Shown piece after piece: positions 1-8,973 of a stretch of DNA of 46,921 bases. Under the pieces are notes generated by a model. The model ran no database searches. It saw only the letters and a program-made list of their open reading frames with translations, and was not told where the DNA came from. Location of the stretch: positions 1-46,921 of the forward strand of contig JAUIKH010000002.1 in assembly GCA_030430915.1 (NCBI GenBank), in the 5' to 3' direction. Origin of the DNA: a bacterium (GTDB taxonomy: Bacteria; Patescibacteriota; Saccharimonadia; Saccharimonadales; SZUA-47). The position numbers and the translations under genes were made by a program. The stretch's first letter is position 1. Every line of letters begins with the position of its first letter.

Positions 1-894
1 GAAGAATACGACAAAGTTCAAGCACTTCTCGGTAGTAGAGGTTGCCCAAGACTTGCCCAGCGACGAGAATTTGCACTACGCGGCTTTATACGTTGTGGCG
101 AGTGCGACTGTATGATTACCGCGCAAACTAAAACGAAAAAATTGAAATCTGGCGCTGAATCCGTTCATAGATACTACCACTGCACCGGAAAGCGCACTTG
201 TTCACAGATTACATCCTATGGTTATAAAAAAGAGGACGAGCTTTACGGCGAGCTTAATGAACTGCTGGATAGCTATGAATTGGTTCCACAGCTTGAAGAA
301 TGGGCACTAGAGGCTTTTCGAGAGATGGCCTCCAGTGAAGTTAGTGACAGAAAAAACATTCAAGTAATGCAAAATAAGACTGCTCAAAGTATCGAGGATC
401 AATTAGATACACTACTCGATATGGCTAGCAAGAGGTTAATCGATAATGATGCATATGAACGTAAAACTAAACAACTCAAGCTAGAACTAAAGAAGATTCA
501 CGAGGATCAGGCTGACACCGCAAATAGAGTTGAGAACTGGTTTGACTTTGCGACAAAGACATTCGAGCAGCTTACAAATGCTAGTGAAAAGTTCATCGAC
601 GGTGACACACTCGAAAAGAAGGACATATTACTGGCAATCGGTCAGAACCCTGTTCTTATAGACGGTCATCTCCAAATAACCCCAAATGAATGGCTAGAAC
701 CGGTGAGAAACAGTGCTAAAAGCATCAGGCACAAGCTTGATGAGGTTAGAACCATGCCTCAACAGATACAAAAAGCCTCTTTGGAGGCTATTCGTCTTGA
801 ATGGCTGGGATGGAGGGATTCGAACCCCCGAATGCCGGAACCAAAATCCGGTGCCTTACCACTTGGCGACATCCCATTATTATTGAATTTTTAA
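1..894 (+). CDS. Large serine recombinase, C-terminal portion (5' end lies outside the window); the last ~30 codons run antisense through tRNA-Gln
   Basis: Frame 1 is open from nt 1 (EEYDKVQALLGSRGCPRLAQRREFALRGFIRCGECDCMITAQ...YYHCTGKR). It shows a Cys-rich zinc-ribbon followed by a long charged helical region, as in the C-terminal domains of large serine recombinases. The catalytic domain is not in the window. Confidence 0.7.
   Translation, partial: EEYDKVQALLGSRGCPRLAQRREFALRGFIRCGECDCMITAQTKTKKLKSGAESVHRYYHCTGKRTCSQITSYGYKKEDELYGELNELLDSYELVPQLEEWALEAFREMASSEVSDRKNIQVMQNKTAQSIEDQLDTLLDMASKRLIDNDAYERKTKQLKLELKKIHEDQADTANRVENWFDFATKTFEQLTNASEKFIDGDTLEKKDILLAIGQNPVLIDGHLQITPNEWLEPVRNSAKSIRHKLDEVRTMPQQIQKASLEAIRLEWLGWRDSNPRMPEPKSGALPLGDIPLLLNF
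802..876 (-). tRNA. tRNA-Gln (anticodon UUG), CCA encoded
   Basis: The reverse complement reads TGGGATGTCGCCAAGTGGTAAGGCACCGGATTTTGGTTCCGGCATTCGGGGGTTCGAATCCCTCCATCCCAGCCA. It has a 7-bp acceptor stem, an anticodon arm CCGGA/TTTTGGT/TCCGG with anticodon TTG, and a GGTTCGAATCC T-loop. It closely resembles the E. coli tRNA-Gln layout. Confidence 0.88.
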
Positions 895-1041
895 ACGAGT
901 CAATTCTTTCAGTCATTTGTTATGACTTGGTTATTTTACACTTTTATAGATAGAAAAGCCAGTCATATAAGAGGCTTATTGTTGAATTCTGTAGTACTTT
1001 ATACGTTTCAAGCTAAAGCCAAACATGTTATTTATATATAG

Positions 1042-2061
1042 ATGACACGCAAAGAAGAGAAACCATTTTTCTTAGAAAGTTTTATAGACCGTGAATCTTA
1101 CATGTCTAGACCACTAACCGAAGCTGTATCAATTGACCCTGAAAATTCTACAGAAATTGACGATGCGTTAAATATTGAAGTTATTTCAAAGCGAAAAAAG
1201 CAATATCAAGTTTCAATTTTTATAGCAGATCTGGGTCTTTTATACGGTATGGATTACGAAGTTAATAATGCTAGGGATAATGGATGGACTATATATGCCA
1301 GAGATGATGATACAGATTTCGAACCGATGCTAAGCAAAGATATTGTATCCAAGATTGGATTAACAAGTAATAATGATCTCGGTTCTCCATCAGTACAAAT
1401 TAACTTTGAATACAATGGGGGAAAAAGACTATCCGGAGATTTAGAATTACGTAAATCTAGAACTATAACTAAACCGTTTTCTTATAGAGAATACGACCAG
1501 ATTTTAAAAGGAAAAAGTAGAGATGACGATGAAAAAGTAAGGTCTAGACATCTATCAAATGTAGCGAGTATTATAAATTACCCAAGGAGACATAAACAAA
1601 CCGTTTCGACACGAAGTGAAGTAATGGTTGCCCAATTTATGGTTGCAGCAAACCGCTTAATTGCTGCAGAAAATGAAAAAATCAACAAAAGAGCAGGAGA
1701 AATAGTGTTGCCATGGCTATTCAGAAATCATGGAGCTTCAGCCTTTATAGATCTTAGAGATGAAAGGGAAAGGCAGGTATTTGAAACTATAAACCTAGCT
1801 CATTACGATACCGATTCATCTGGTCATGAAGCTTTAGGACTTACTAGTTATTGCCATTTCACTTCACCATTACGCAGGTTCCCAGACTTAGCTAATCACC
1901 TAAACGTACATGCCTATTTGACAGGACAAGAAATGGCTTTCACGACTCAAGACATGCAAAATATTGCACGAGAACAAGTAGCTTTAAAGGCAAAGCGCAG
2001 CGATAAAGTTTTACAAGTAATTGAAGATTATAATACTAGCATGGCGTCACCAAAAGAATAG
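1042..2061 (+). CDS. RNB-domain exoribonuclease (RNase II/R catalytic domain only, 339 aa)
   Basis: RNB motif I is present as IDPENSTEIDDALNIE (D-x5-E-x-D-D). Motif IV is present as HEALGLTSYCHFTSPLRRFPDLANHLNVH. No cold-shock or S1 domains flank it. Confidence 0.7.
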   Translation: MTRKEEKPFFLESFIDRESYMSRPLTEAVSIDPENSTEIDDALNIEVISKRKKQYQVSIFIADLGLLYGMDYEVNNARDNGWTIYARDDDTDFEPMLSKDIVSKIGLTSNNDLGSPSVQINFEYNGGKRLSGDLELRKSRTITKPFSYREYDQILKGKSRDDDEKVRSRHLSNVASIINYPRRHKQTVSTRSEVMVAQFMVAANRLIAAENEKINKRAGEIVLPWLFRNHGASAFIDLRDERERQVFETINLAHYDTDSSGHEALGLTSYCHFTSPLRRFPDLANHLNVHAYLTGQEMAFTTQDMQNIAREQVALKAKRSDKVLQVIEDYNTSMASPKE

Positions 2062-3011
2062 AAACGATAACTATTTTTTAATGCGTGATTATATATCTTT
2101 TGCATTTCTAATTTTGATCCAATAAACGCCTCAACCATTAGAAGTAGGGAAGTGCCTGGTAAGTGAAAATTTGTAATTAAACTATCAACGGCTTTAAACT
2201 CATATCCTGGCTGAATAAAAATATCTGTAAAACCAGAAACATTTCTGTACAAGGACGGGCCTTGTACAGTAGATTCTAGGGTGCGAGCGGTCGTTGTACC
2301 AACAGCTGTTATGTGATTTGCATTTTTCAGTTTTTTTAGTTCTTTTTCTTTTATAGAAAAGTATTCTTCGTGTAATTTACCTGTATTAAAATTCTCTTCT
2401 GTCAAGCTACCAAAAGTACCTAGTCCTACGTGCAATGTGACTTCAGCAAGTTCATGATGTTTTTTTATCTCGTTTAGCAGTTTATCGGTAAAATGAAGGC
2501 CTGCAGTAGGTGCGGCTTTGGACCCCAAAGGTTTTGCATAAACAGTCTGGTATTCATTAGCCAATTTATCGTTTTGCGTTATGTAAGGTGGCAGGGGAAC
2601 ATGTTCAAATTTTTTCAATCTTTTATCATCATGATTAACGCTAAGTTTTAATGTTCTTATTCCTTCTTTGTCTATAGAAACTGTATGAAAAGTGAGCCAT
2701 TCATTAATCTTTAGTTGTTTTTCGAGCTTAAATTTTTTACCAGGTTTGACTAAGGCTCGAATTGTATTGGTATCTAGTTTTTCAATGACAAATATTTCAA
2801 TTTTTGAGTCATTAAACAACCATCGACAATTTTCTACCTTAGAATTATTAATTGCTAATGTTGATTGTTGAGGCAAAAATTTTATTAAATCACGAAAAAT
2901 AGCATCAGTAATCTGCCTTGTCTGTCTATCATAGACTAATAATCTTGCAGAGTCTCTAGGGTTCACCGGCTCTTGTGAGATTAGCTCACTGGGTACATTA
3001 AAATTAATCAT
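2028..3011 (-). CDS. queA: S-adenosylmethionine:tRNA ribosyltransferase-isomerase
   Basis: The N-terminus FNVPSELISQEPVNPRDSARLLVYDR, the internal GTTTARTLES, and the C-terminus YRFYSFGDAMLVL are typical QueA signatures. Confidence 0.9.
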   Translation of the reverse strand: MINFNVPSELISQEPVNPRDSARLLVYDRQTRQITDAIFRDLIKFLPQQSTLAINNSKVENCRWLFNDSKIEIFVIEKLDTNTIRALVKPGKKFKLEKQLKINEWLTFHTVSIDKEGIRTLKLSVNHDDKRLKKFEHVPLPPYITQNDKLANEYQTVYAKPLGSKAAPTAGLHFTDKLLNEIKKHHELAEVTLHVGLGTFGSLTEENFNTGKLHEEYFSIKEKELKKLKNANHITAVGTTTARTLESTVQGPSLYRNVSGFTDIFIQPGYEFKAVDSLITNFHLPGTSLLLMVEAFIGSKLEMQKIYNHALKNSYRFYSFGDAMLVL

Positions 3012-3101
3012 TTCATGTATTTATAGCAAAATTTAGTAAAACATGCTCCATTGACCTTTTGCACTATTTGTATTATTATTTATACATTAAAGCTTAAGGT
3101 A

Positions 3102-3530
3102 ATGACGAATAAATCTGAACTAGTCACAACCTACCCCATATCAGAAATACCAAGAAATTGCGATGATTGTGTAGGTGCTTGCTGTAAAAAAGGAGTCACA
3201 CTCCCACTTACTGACGTGGAGCTTCAATTCATGGAAAATTCAGGTGCAGAGCTAGACTACTATTCAACGTTTGATAAAAAGACAAGTAAACTATCCAAGC
3301 TTGCCAGCTTTATCTCAGGAAAAAAACAGCAGGAAAATGTTTCAATATACGAATTTACAGAAGATTGCCCATTTTTAGAAGATAATCAATGTCAAATATA
3401 CGATAGCCCGGATAAACCTGAGATATGCTCTAATATGAAAGCCGATAGTTATTCTTGCCTAAACATAAGAATGGATGCAGGACTTGAAACTAATGTTTCA
3501 GTTAACAATAGACTTCAAATTAAAGATTAA
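3102..3530 (+). CDS. YkgJ/UPF0153-type cysteine-cluster protein
   Basis: It contains CDDCVGACCKKG and CPFLEDNQCQIYDSPDKPEICS (CxxCxxCC plus a second Cys cluster). I prefer the ATG at 3102 (AAGG 6 nt upstream) to the TTG at 3051 used by the track. Confidence 0.6.
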   Translation: MTNKSELVTTYPISEIPRNCDDCVGACCKKGVTLPLTDVELQFMENSGAELDYYSTFDKKTSKLSKLASFISGKKQQENVSIYEFTEDCPFLEDNQCQIYDSPDKPEICSNMKADSYSCLNIRMDAGLETNVSVNNRLQIKD

Positions 3531-3552
3531 TTTTTTATAACTATTCATAAGC

Positions 3553-3558
3553 TATAAT
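3553..3558 (+). promoter_or_regulatory. -10 box TATAAT, 6 nt upstream of the msrA ATG (leaderless geometry)
   Basis: The sequence is gcTATAATatagctATG, with no SD between the box and the start. Confidence 0.4.
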
Positions 3559-3564
3559 ATAGCT

Positions 3565-4077
3565 ATGAAATCTATAGTATTAGGTGGTGGATGTTTTTGG
3601 TGTTTAGAGGCCGTTTATCAGCAAATTAACGGCATAGAAAAAGTTACGTCTGGTTATGCTGGCGGAACTCTAAATAATCCAAGCTATCATAAACATGGAG
3701 ATCATGCCGAAGTTATAAAAGTGCAATATAACGAAAACAAGATAAGCTTGAAAAAGATTTTCGAAGTATTTTTCTCAATACATGATCCGACAACTGTTAA
3801 TAGGCAAGGGAATGATGTCGGAAGCCAATACCGATCAATAATTCTTTGTAATGACTACCTGGAGTCAAACATCGCACATGAAGTCATAGATGGTATTAGT
3901 GAGTTATGGGACAACCCCGTGGTCACTGAAGTAAATCTACTTGATAAATTTTATCCAGCTGAAGACTACCATCAAGATTTTTATAAAAAAAATCCTGGAA
4001 ACTCATATTGCCAAGTAATAATAAATCCAAAATTGTCAAAATTTAAAAAGAATTTTTCTCATCTATTAGCTAAGTAG
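3565..4077 (+). CDS. msrA: Peptide-methionine (S)-S-oxide reductase
   Basis: It carries the GGGCFWCLEAVY active-site motif, plus GYAGG, HAEVIKV and QYRS. Confidence 0.92.
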   Translation: MKSIVLGGGCFWCLEAVYQQINGIEKVTSGYAGGTLNNPSYHKHGDHAEVIKVQYNENKISLKKIFEVFFSIHDPTTVNRQGNDVGSQYRSIILCNDYLESNIAHEVIDGISELWDNPVVTEVNLLDKFYPAEDYHQDFYKKNPGNSYCQVIINPKLSKFKKNFSHLLAK

Positions 4078-4087
4078 CTAAAGACTG

Positions 4088-4093
4088 TACAAT
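4088..4093 (+). promoter_or_regulatory. -10 box TACAAT, 6 nt upstream of the helicase GTG start
   Basis: The sequence is ctgTACAATagtaatGTG, with no SD. Confidence 0.35.
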
Positions 4094-4099
4094 AGTAAT

Positions 4100-7000
4100 G
4101 TGACAGAAATTAAATTAAATGATGCTCAAAAAGATGCTGTAAATCACATTTACGGTCCATTGCTTGTTTTAGCTGGTCCAGGAACGGGTAAGACCCAGCT
4201 ACTTTCTGCTAGAATTGCAAATATTCTAGAAAAAACTGATACAAATGCACAAAATATACTTTGCTTAACCTTCACCGAATCAGCGGCACAAAACATGCGC
4301 GAAAGATTGACTAGCTTAATTAAGGATGATGCATATGATGTTCATATAGCAACCTACCATGGTTTTGGGAATGACATTATCCGTAGCTACCCAGAATATT
4401 TTGAAAATATTGATTTAGAAACAGGTAAGGATAGTCGCCTTGAAAAGCCTATAGACGACCTACAGAGACTACAAATTATTAGTGAGATTGTAGAGAGATT
4501 GCCGTATTCAAGCCCATTAATTGGTGCGAGAAATCATGTAAAACACGTTGTCAGCACAATAAGTGAACTAAAACGTGGATTATTCACTCCAGATAAACTA
4601 AAAGAGCTAGCTAAAAGTAATTTAGCCCAAATACGCGACATTAGCCCAAAAATATCCAAGCAAATTGGGATAATTAATAGCTTACCGAGAACTGCTGATA
4701 AATCTATAGAGCTTTTCTCAGGAGTTTTAGAAATTTTAGAAGGTTATGAAGGTCTAGCTGAAATTGCATATGAAGAACTGGAACAGTCATTAGCCCAAGC
4801 AGCAGACACAAATAAATCTAAGCCATTGACAGCATGGAAAAATAACTGGCTAAAAAAGGACGGAAACAACTACTTTATTTTTTCAGATGAAGACCAAAAC
4901 AAAAGAATATTAGAGCTTGCAAATATATATGACAACTACCAAAAAAAGTTAGAGGAAAATCATCAATATGACTTTGAAGACATGATTTTAAAAGTAATTG
5001 ACGGTTTGAAAAATAATAGCGAGCTAAAGTACAATCTTCAGGAAAAATATCAATTTATTTTACTAGATGAATTCCAAGACACAAATGCCGCGCAGTTTGA
5101 ACTAGTAAAACAGCTAGGCGATAATCCCGTAAATGAAGATCAACCAAATATATTTGCTGTAGGAGACGATGATCAAGCAATCTATGCTTTCCAAGGCGCA
5201 CGATCTAGCAATATGTTATCATTCATAAATTCTTTTAGGGATGTTAGGGTTATAAATCTGACAGAAAATTACCGCTCCCACCCAGACATAATTCATACGG
5301 CCCATAGTATTGCTGGGCAGATTGAGTTCAGACTGCATAAAGAATTAGAAGGAATAGACAAAACCTTAAATGCAGCAAGCAACAAACTGCCAAATGTTTC
5401 AGAAATTGAGAGACATGAATTTGACGGTGAAGCTAATGAATATGGCTGGGTAGCTAAACAGGTAGAAAGACTTATCAAAGATGGTGTGGATCCAAATGAA
5501 ATTGCAATTTTAGCACCACGACATAAATATCTAGAGAAAGCTGTTTTGTTTTTAAACAAACTAGATTTACCGATATCTTACGAGAAAAGGGAAGACATCT
5601 TACAAAGCAAGATAATTAGATATTTAAGATTAATGACCGAGCTGGTAGTGGCATGCAGCGAAGATGACATATATAAAATGAACGAATTATTCCCAAGAGT
5701 TTTGTCACTAGACTTTTACGAAATACCGATAAAAGAAATTTTGCAAACTAACTGGACAATTAAAAATATACGAAATAAAAACGAAGAGTATTCTGAAAGT
5801 TCTAATTGGGGTATACACGGTCTGCAGCAAAAGAATCTAGCCCCTCATATTGAATTCTTTCTAAATTTAGGCATTAAATCGCCTGAAGAACCACTCGAAT
5901 ATGTACTCGATTACTTGATTGGAAGCTACCCAGTCAAGCTGGATAGCGGCACTAACTACAGCTCGCCCCTAAAATCTTACTACTATAAAAAAAGTAATAG
6001 TTATAAATTAGAGTATTACGAATCAATAGCAAACCTTTCGTCAATACGTGAAAACCTAAGAACATATCAAAGTAACACGGAAAAACTTCTAAAAATTGAT
6101 GACTTTATTAGCTATATAAATGCTTACGAATTGGCAGAGCAGCCACTAATAAATACTCACCCGATAGCCACCAGCGAAAAATCTGTTCAGTTACTAACGA
6201 CTTATAAAGCAAAAGGCTTGGAATTTGAACATGTTTTCTTGTTATCAGTACATGATGATGTTTGGGGTAAAAAAGCTAGAACCAACTCAAATAAAATCAG
6301 CCTACCATCGAACCTAACACATATTAGATATCAAGGCAGTGATGAAGATGAACTGAAAAGACTGTTATTTGTAGCAATAACGCGATCAAAACATGGACTC
6401 TACTTAACTAGTCATAACTTAAAAGATTCTGGCAAGAAGAATGAGCCTGTCAAATACCTATTAGAATTTGAAGATAAAAACACACGTAAAACCACTGTGC
6501 TCCCAGAGCACAAACAACAAGTTATCAAGACAACCTTTAATATGGATATTTCTATGATGCAAACAGAAACACTCTGGGAAAGCCGACATTTAAATATTGA
6601 CGTTAGTTTACGTAACTTGTTGAAAGATCGACTTGTAAAATATCAAATGAATCCTACCCATCTAAACACATTCATAGATATGGAGTATGGTGGACCTGAA
6701 GTCTTCCTACTACAAACTCTGTTGAAATTCCCCCAAGCTCCTGGTGAGAATGGAGAATATGGGAATGCAGTTCACGGTGCACTTGACTGGTATCAGAGAG
6801 AATTAGATAAAGATCCGGGACTTGATTCGAGTATAATTTTGAAGCAGTATGACAAAATATTATCAGCACGTTACATTCTTGAAAAAAATATTGATGATTT
6901 TAGAAGACGAGGACACAACGCACTAAAAACTTACATGAACGCACGCCAAGAAATGTTTGGCAACGTTGCTAAAAGTGAGGTAGATTTCAGAAAAGAGGGA

Positions 7001-7420
7001 GTAATATTAAATAATGTAAATTTAAGTGGAAAAATTGACCGCCTCGAAATTGATGAAGAAAATAAATCTGTAAATATTGTTGATTACAAAACTGGTAAAC
7101 CACATAAAAAATGGGAAAATAGCACAAAACTTCTAAAATACAGACAACAACTGTACTTCTATAAATTCCTTATTGAAGGCTCTCACACTTGGCAAAAATA
7201 TACTGTTAATTCAGCCCGTTTAGAGTTTGTTGAGCCAGACATGAATGGAAAAGTTATGGAACCTTTGTACGTAGACTTTAATAATCTAGAAGAAACAGAA
7301 GTGAGAAATCTTATTTTAGCGGTCTGGAGCAGAATTAAATCGGTAGATTTACCATATACCGAGAAGTACTCTAAAGACTATAAAGGTACCAGACAATTTA
7401 TCGAAGACTTAACCATATAA
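4100..7420 (+). CDS. UvrD/PcrA-family helicase fused to a C-terminal PD-(D/E)XK (RecB/AddA-like) nuclease, 1106 aa
   Basis: Walker A is VLAGPGTGKT, motif II is LLDEFQDTN, and NYRS and TYKAKGLEFEHVFL are present. The C-terminal nuclease motif is GKIDRLEIDEENKSVNIVDYKTGK...QLYFY. The start codon is GTG. Confidence 0.85.
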   Translation: MTEIKLNDAQKDAVNHIYGPLLVLAGPGTGKTQLLSARIANILEKTDTNAQNILCLTFTESAAQNMRERLTSLIKDDAYDVHIATYHGFGNDIIRSYPEYFENIDLETGKDSRLEKPIDDLQRLQIISEIVERLPYSSPLIGARNHVKHVVSTISELKRGLFTPDKLKELAKSNLAQIRDISPKISKQIGIINSLPRTADKSIELFSGVLEILEGYEGLAEIAYEELEQSLAQAADTNKSKPLTAWKNNWLKKDGNNYFIFSDEDQNKRILELANIYDNYQKKLEENHQYDFEDMILKVIDGLKNNSELKYNLQEKYQFILLDEFQDTNAAQFELVKQLGDNPVNEDQPNIFAVGDDDQAIYAFQGARSSNMLSFINSFRDVRVINLTENYRSHPDIIHTAHSIAGQIEFRLHKELEGIDKTLNAASNKLPNVSEIERHEFDGEANEYGWVAKQVERLIKDGVDPNEIAILAPRHKYLEKAVLFLNKLDLPISYEKREDILQSKIIRYLRLMTELVVACSEDDIYKMNELFPRVLSLDFYEIPIKEILQTNWTIKNIRNKNEEYSESSNWGIHGLQQKNLAPHIEFFLNLGIKSPEEPLEYVLDYLIGSYPVKLDSGTNYSSPLKSYYYKKSNSYKLEYYESIANLSSIRENLRTYQSNTEKLLKIDDFISYINAYELAEQPLINTHPIATSEKSVQLLTTYKAKGLEFEHVFLLSVHDDVWGKKARTNSNKISLPSNLTHIRYQGSDEDELKRLLFVAITRSKHGLYLTSHNLKDSGKKNEPVKYLLEFEDKNTRKTTVLPEHKQQVIKTTFNMDISMMQTETLWESRHLNIDVSLRNLLKDRLVKYQMNPTHLNTFIDMEYGGPEVFLLQTLLKFPQAPGENGEYGNAVHGALDWYQRELDKDPGLDSSIILKQYDKILSARYILEKNIDDFRRRGHNALKTYMNARQEMFGNVAKSEVDFRKEGVILNNVNLSGKIDRLEIDEENKSVNIVDYKTGKPHKKWENSTKLLKYRQQLYFYKFLIEGSHTWQKYTVNSARLEFVEPDMNGKVMEPLYVDFNNLEETEVRNLILAVWSRIKSVDLPYTEKYSKDYKGTRQFIEDLTI

Positions 7421-7500
7421 CTAATACTTAAACATTAGTAATATTTTAATAATCATATTTAACTTGTATAGTTTGAAAAAACTAAATAAAATACCTGAAA

Positions 7501-8151
7501 ATGGCTAGCGATAGACAACAATTTAAACAAGCAATGGACCACTGGGAATCACTACATGAAAAAGAGTTATATAGTGTTCCTGAAAAAGAAGGTATAACTG
7601 CAATATTGGCGTCCGGCTACCCTTTTAATTTAAAAACCGCATCAAAAGATGGTGAAAACAGAGAAAAAATAACTGAAGCAATACTGTTAGACTCTGAAGA
7701 CACAGATGAATTTAACGCAGAAGCAGCTGAAATAGCCGAAAATCTAGAAGAGTACGGCAACAAAACTCTAGTAATAAAGAATGCCAAGTATAGTGATGCA
7801 GAATCAGTAATTAGAGCAAAAGAAGTCGCAAATATAATTTTTATTGGACATGGAAGCTTAAGTGATATACAACTAGCTGGTTCTCCGAAAGATGTACTTG
7901 ACTGGAAAAGAGTGTCAGAGTTATCAACCCATTTAAAAACAGGTGGGGTAGAGCAGAGGCAATGTGGTATAGCTACAAGAGACTTAAATGTGCCACTGGG
8001 AATGTTTGTGGTTAGTGATTTTTTCAAAGTTAGGGCAGCTGTTGGACAAATTTTTGAACCGGACAGCTTAAGTAGCTGCGTTAATAGTCTAATTACGCCC
8101 GTACTAGAAGATGGAGATGAATTAAGCTACAACTTTTTCAAGCGTGAATAA
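7501..8151 (+). CDS. Hypothetical protein (216 aa)
   Basis: Long ORF on the same strand as the helicase. It has an acidic N-terminal half and the pair IIFIGHGS ... RQCGIA. I recognise no family. Confidence 0.5.
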   Translation: MASDRQQFKQAMDHWESLHEKELYSVPEKEGITAILASGYPFNLKTASKDGENREKITEAILLDSEDTDEFNAEAAEIAENLEEYGNKTLVIKNAKYSDAESVIRAKEVANIIFIGHGSLSDIQLAGSPKDVLDWKRVSELSTHLKTGGVEQRQCGIATRDLNVPLGMFVVSDFFKVRAAVGQIFEPDSLSSCVNSLITPVLEDGDELSYNFFKRE

Positions 8152-8168
8152 ATACTCTAATTTATTTT

Positions 8169-8873
8169 TCAACTTGCCTTAAAACTATCAGGCAACACGA
8201 CTCCTGTAACTTTCACCAATTTTCCGACCGTTAGCCTGCTAAGACTTGTTATATTTCTCCTAGCAAAACTCATATTTTCTTGTAACGTGATTTCCTCACC
8301 AGAGTTATTTATAAAAACTGGTGGTGGATTAATATAGCAAGATAGAAGTTCTTCTACCTGTTGACAATATTCTCTGAAGCTATATTCTATCGGGACTTTT
8401 CTTTCTACCGCTTCTTGAATGATCAAACCGAAGTTTTTTAAAAACTCTGTTTCGTTACCCATAACATTACCGACATCAGCTATCCTCACGGCTTTGTCTA
8501 GATTGGACTCGGGTGTTATATCATATCTAGTACTAAGAATGGCCTGAGACACCTTATCGATTACTGAGGAGTTCATTCCTCTATTTGCTAGTTCGTTTTT
8601 AGCAATTTCTGCTGAATACTCCTCTTTATAACTATGTCCTACAGCAATATGATCTTTATGATAATTTGCGTCATGCGCATAGAGCGCTAAGTGACCTAAG
8701 TTTCTATCGATATCAACATCTTGTCGGCCTAGAACTTCTGTTAAGTGATTAAAATAATTAACACTATTCATAACGTGACCATCAAAGTTATGAAAGGGCA
8801 GATCAATATAATATTTTCGCATGTCTTCAGCAAAATCCTCTACAAAAGATTTATTCAGTAAATTTTCTGACAT
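8169..8873 (-). CDS. Putative HD-superfamily phosphohydrolase
   Basis: The H...HD...D pattern is present: HNFDGHVMNSVNYFNH, LALYAHDANYH, RIADVGNV. Confidence 0.5.
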   Translation of the reverse strand: MSENLLNKSFVEDFAEDMRKYYIDLPFHNFDGHVMNSVNYFNHLTEVLGRQDVDIDRNLGHLALYAHDANYHKDHIAVGHSYKEEYSAEIAKNELANRGMNSSVIDKVSQAILSTRYDITPESNLDKAVRIADVGNVMGNETEFLKNFGLIIQEAVERKVPIEYSFREYCQQVEELLSCYINPPPVFINNSGEEITLQENMSFARRNITSLSRLTVGKLVKVTGVVLPDSFKAS

Positions 8874-8910
8874 AATTAAAAATACTATATTATAATTTTA
8901 TAAATTGTAC

Positions 8911-8945
8911 AAAAATATAAAAGCAGGCCCAATATTAGGCCTGCT
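8911..8945 (-). terminator. Rho-independent terminator after the LysM-CHAP gene
   Basis: On the minus strand the stem is AGCAGGCC, the loop TAATATTG, the return stem GGCCTGCT, followed by TTTTATATTTTT. Confidence 0.7.
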
Positions 8946-8973
8946 TATGTTTAATTTACAATTTAATTAAATT

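Noticed and set aside
877-903. TTGACT box upstream of tRNA-Gln as its promoter.
   Set aside because: The only -10-like hexamer at a usable spacing (TAATAA, 877-882) abuts the tRNA 5' end. Transcription would then start inside the tRNA, so the geometry is wrong.
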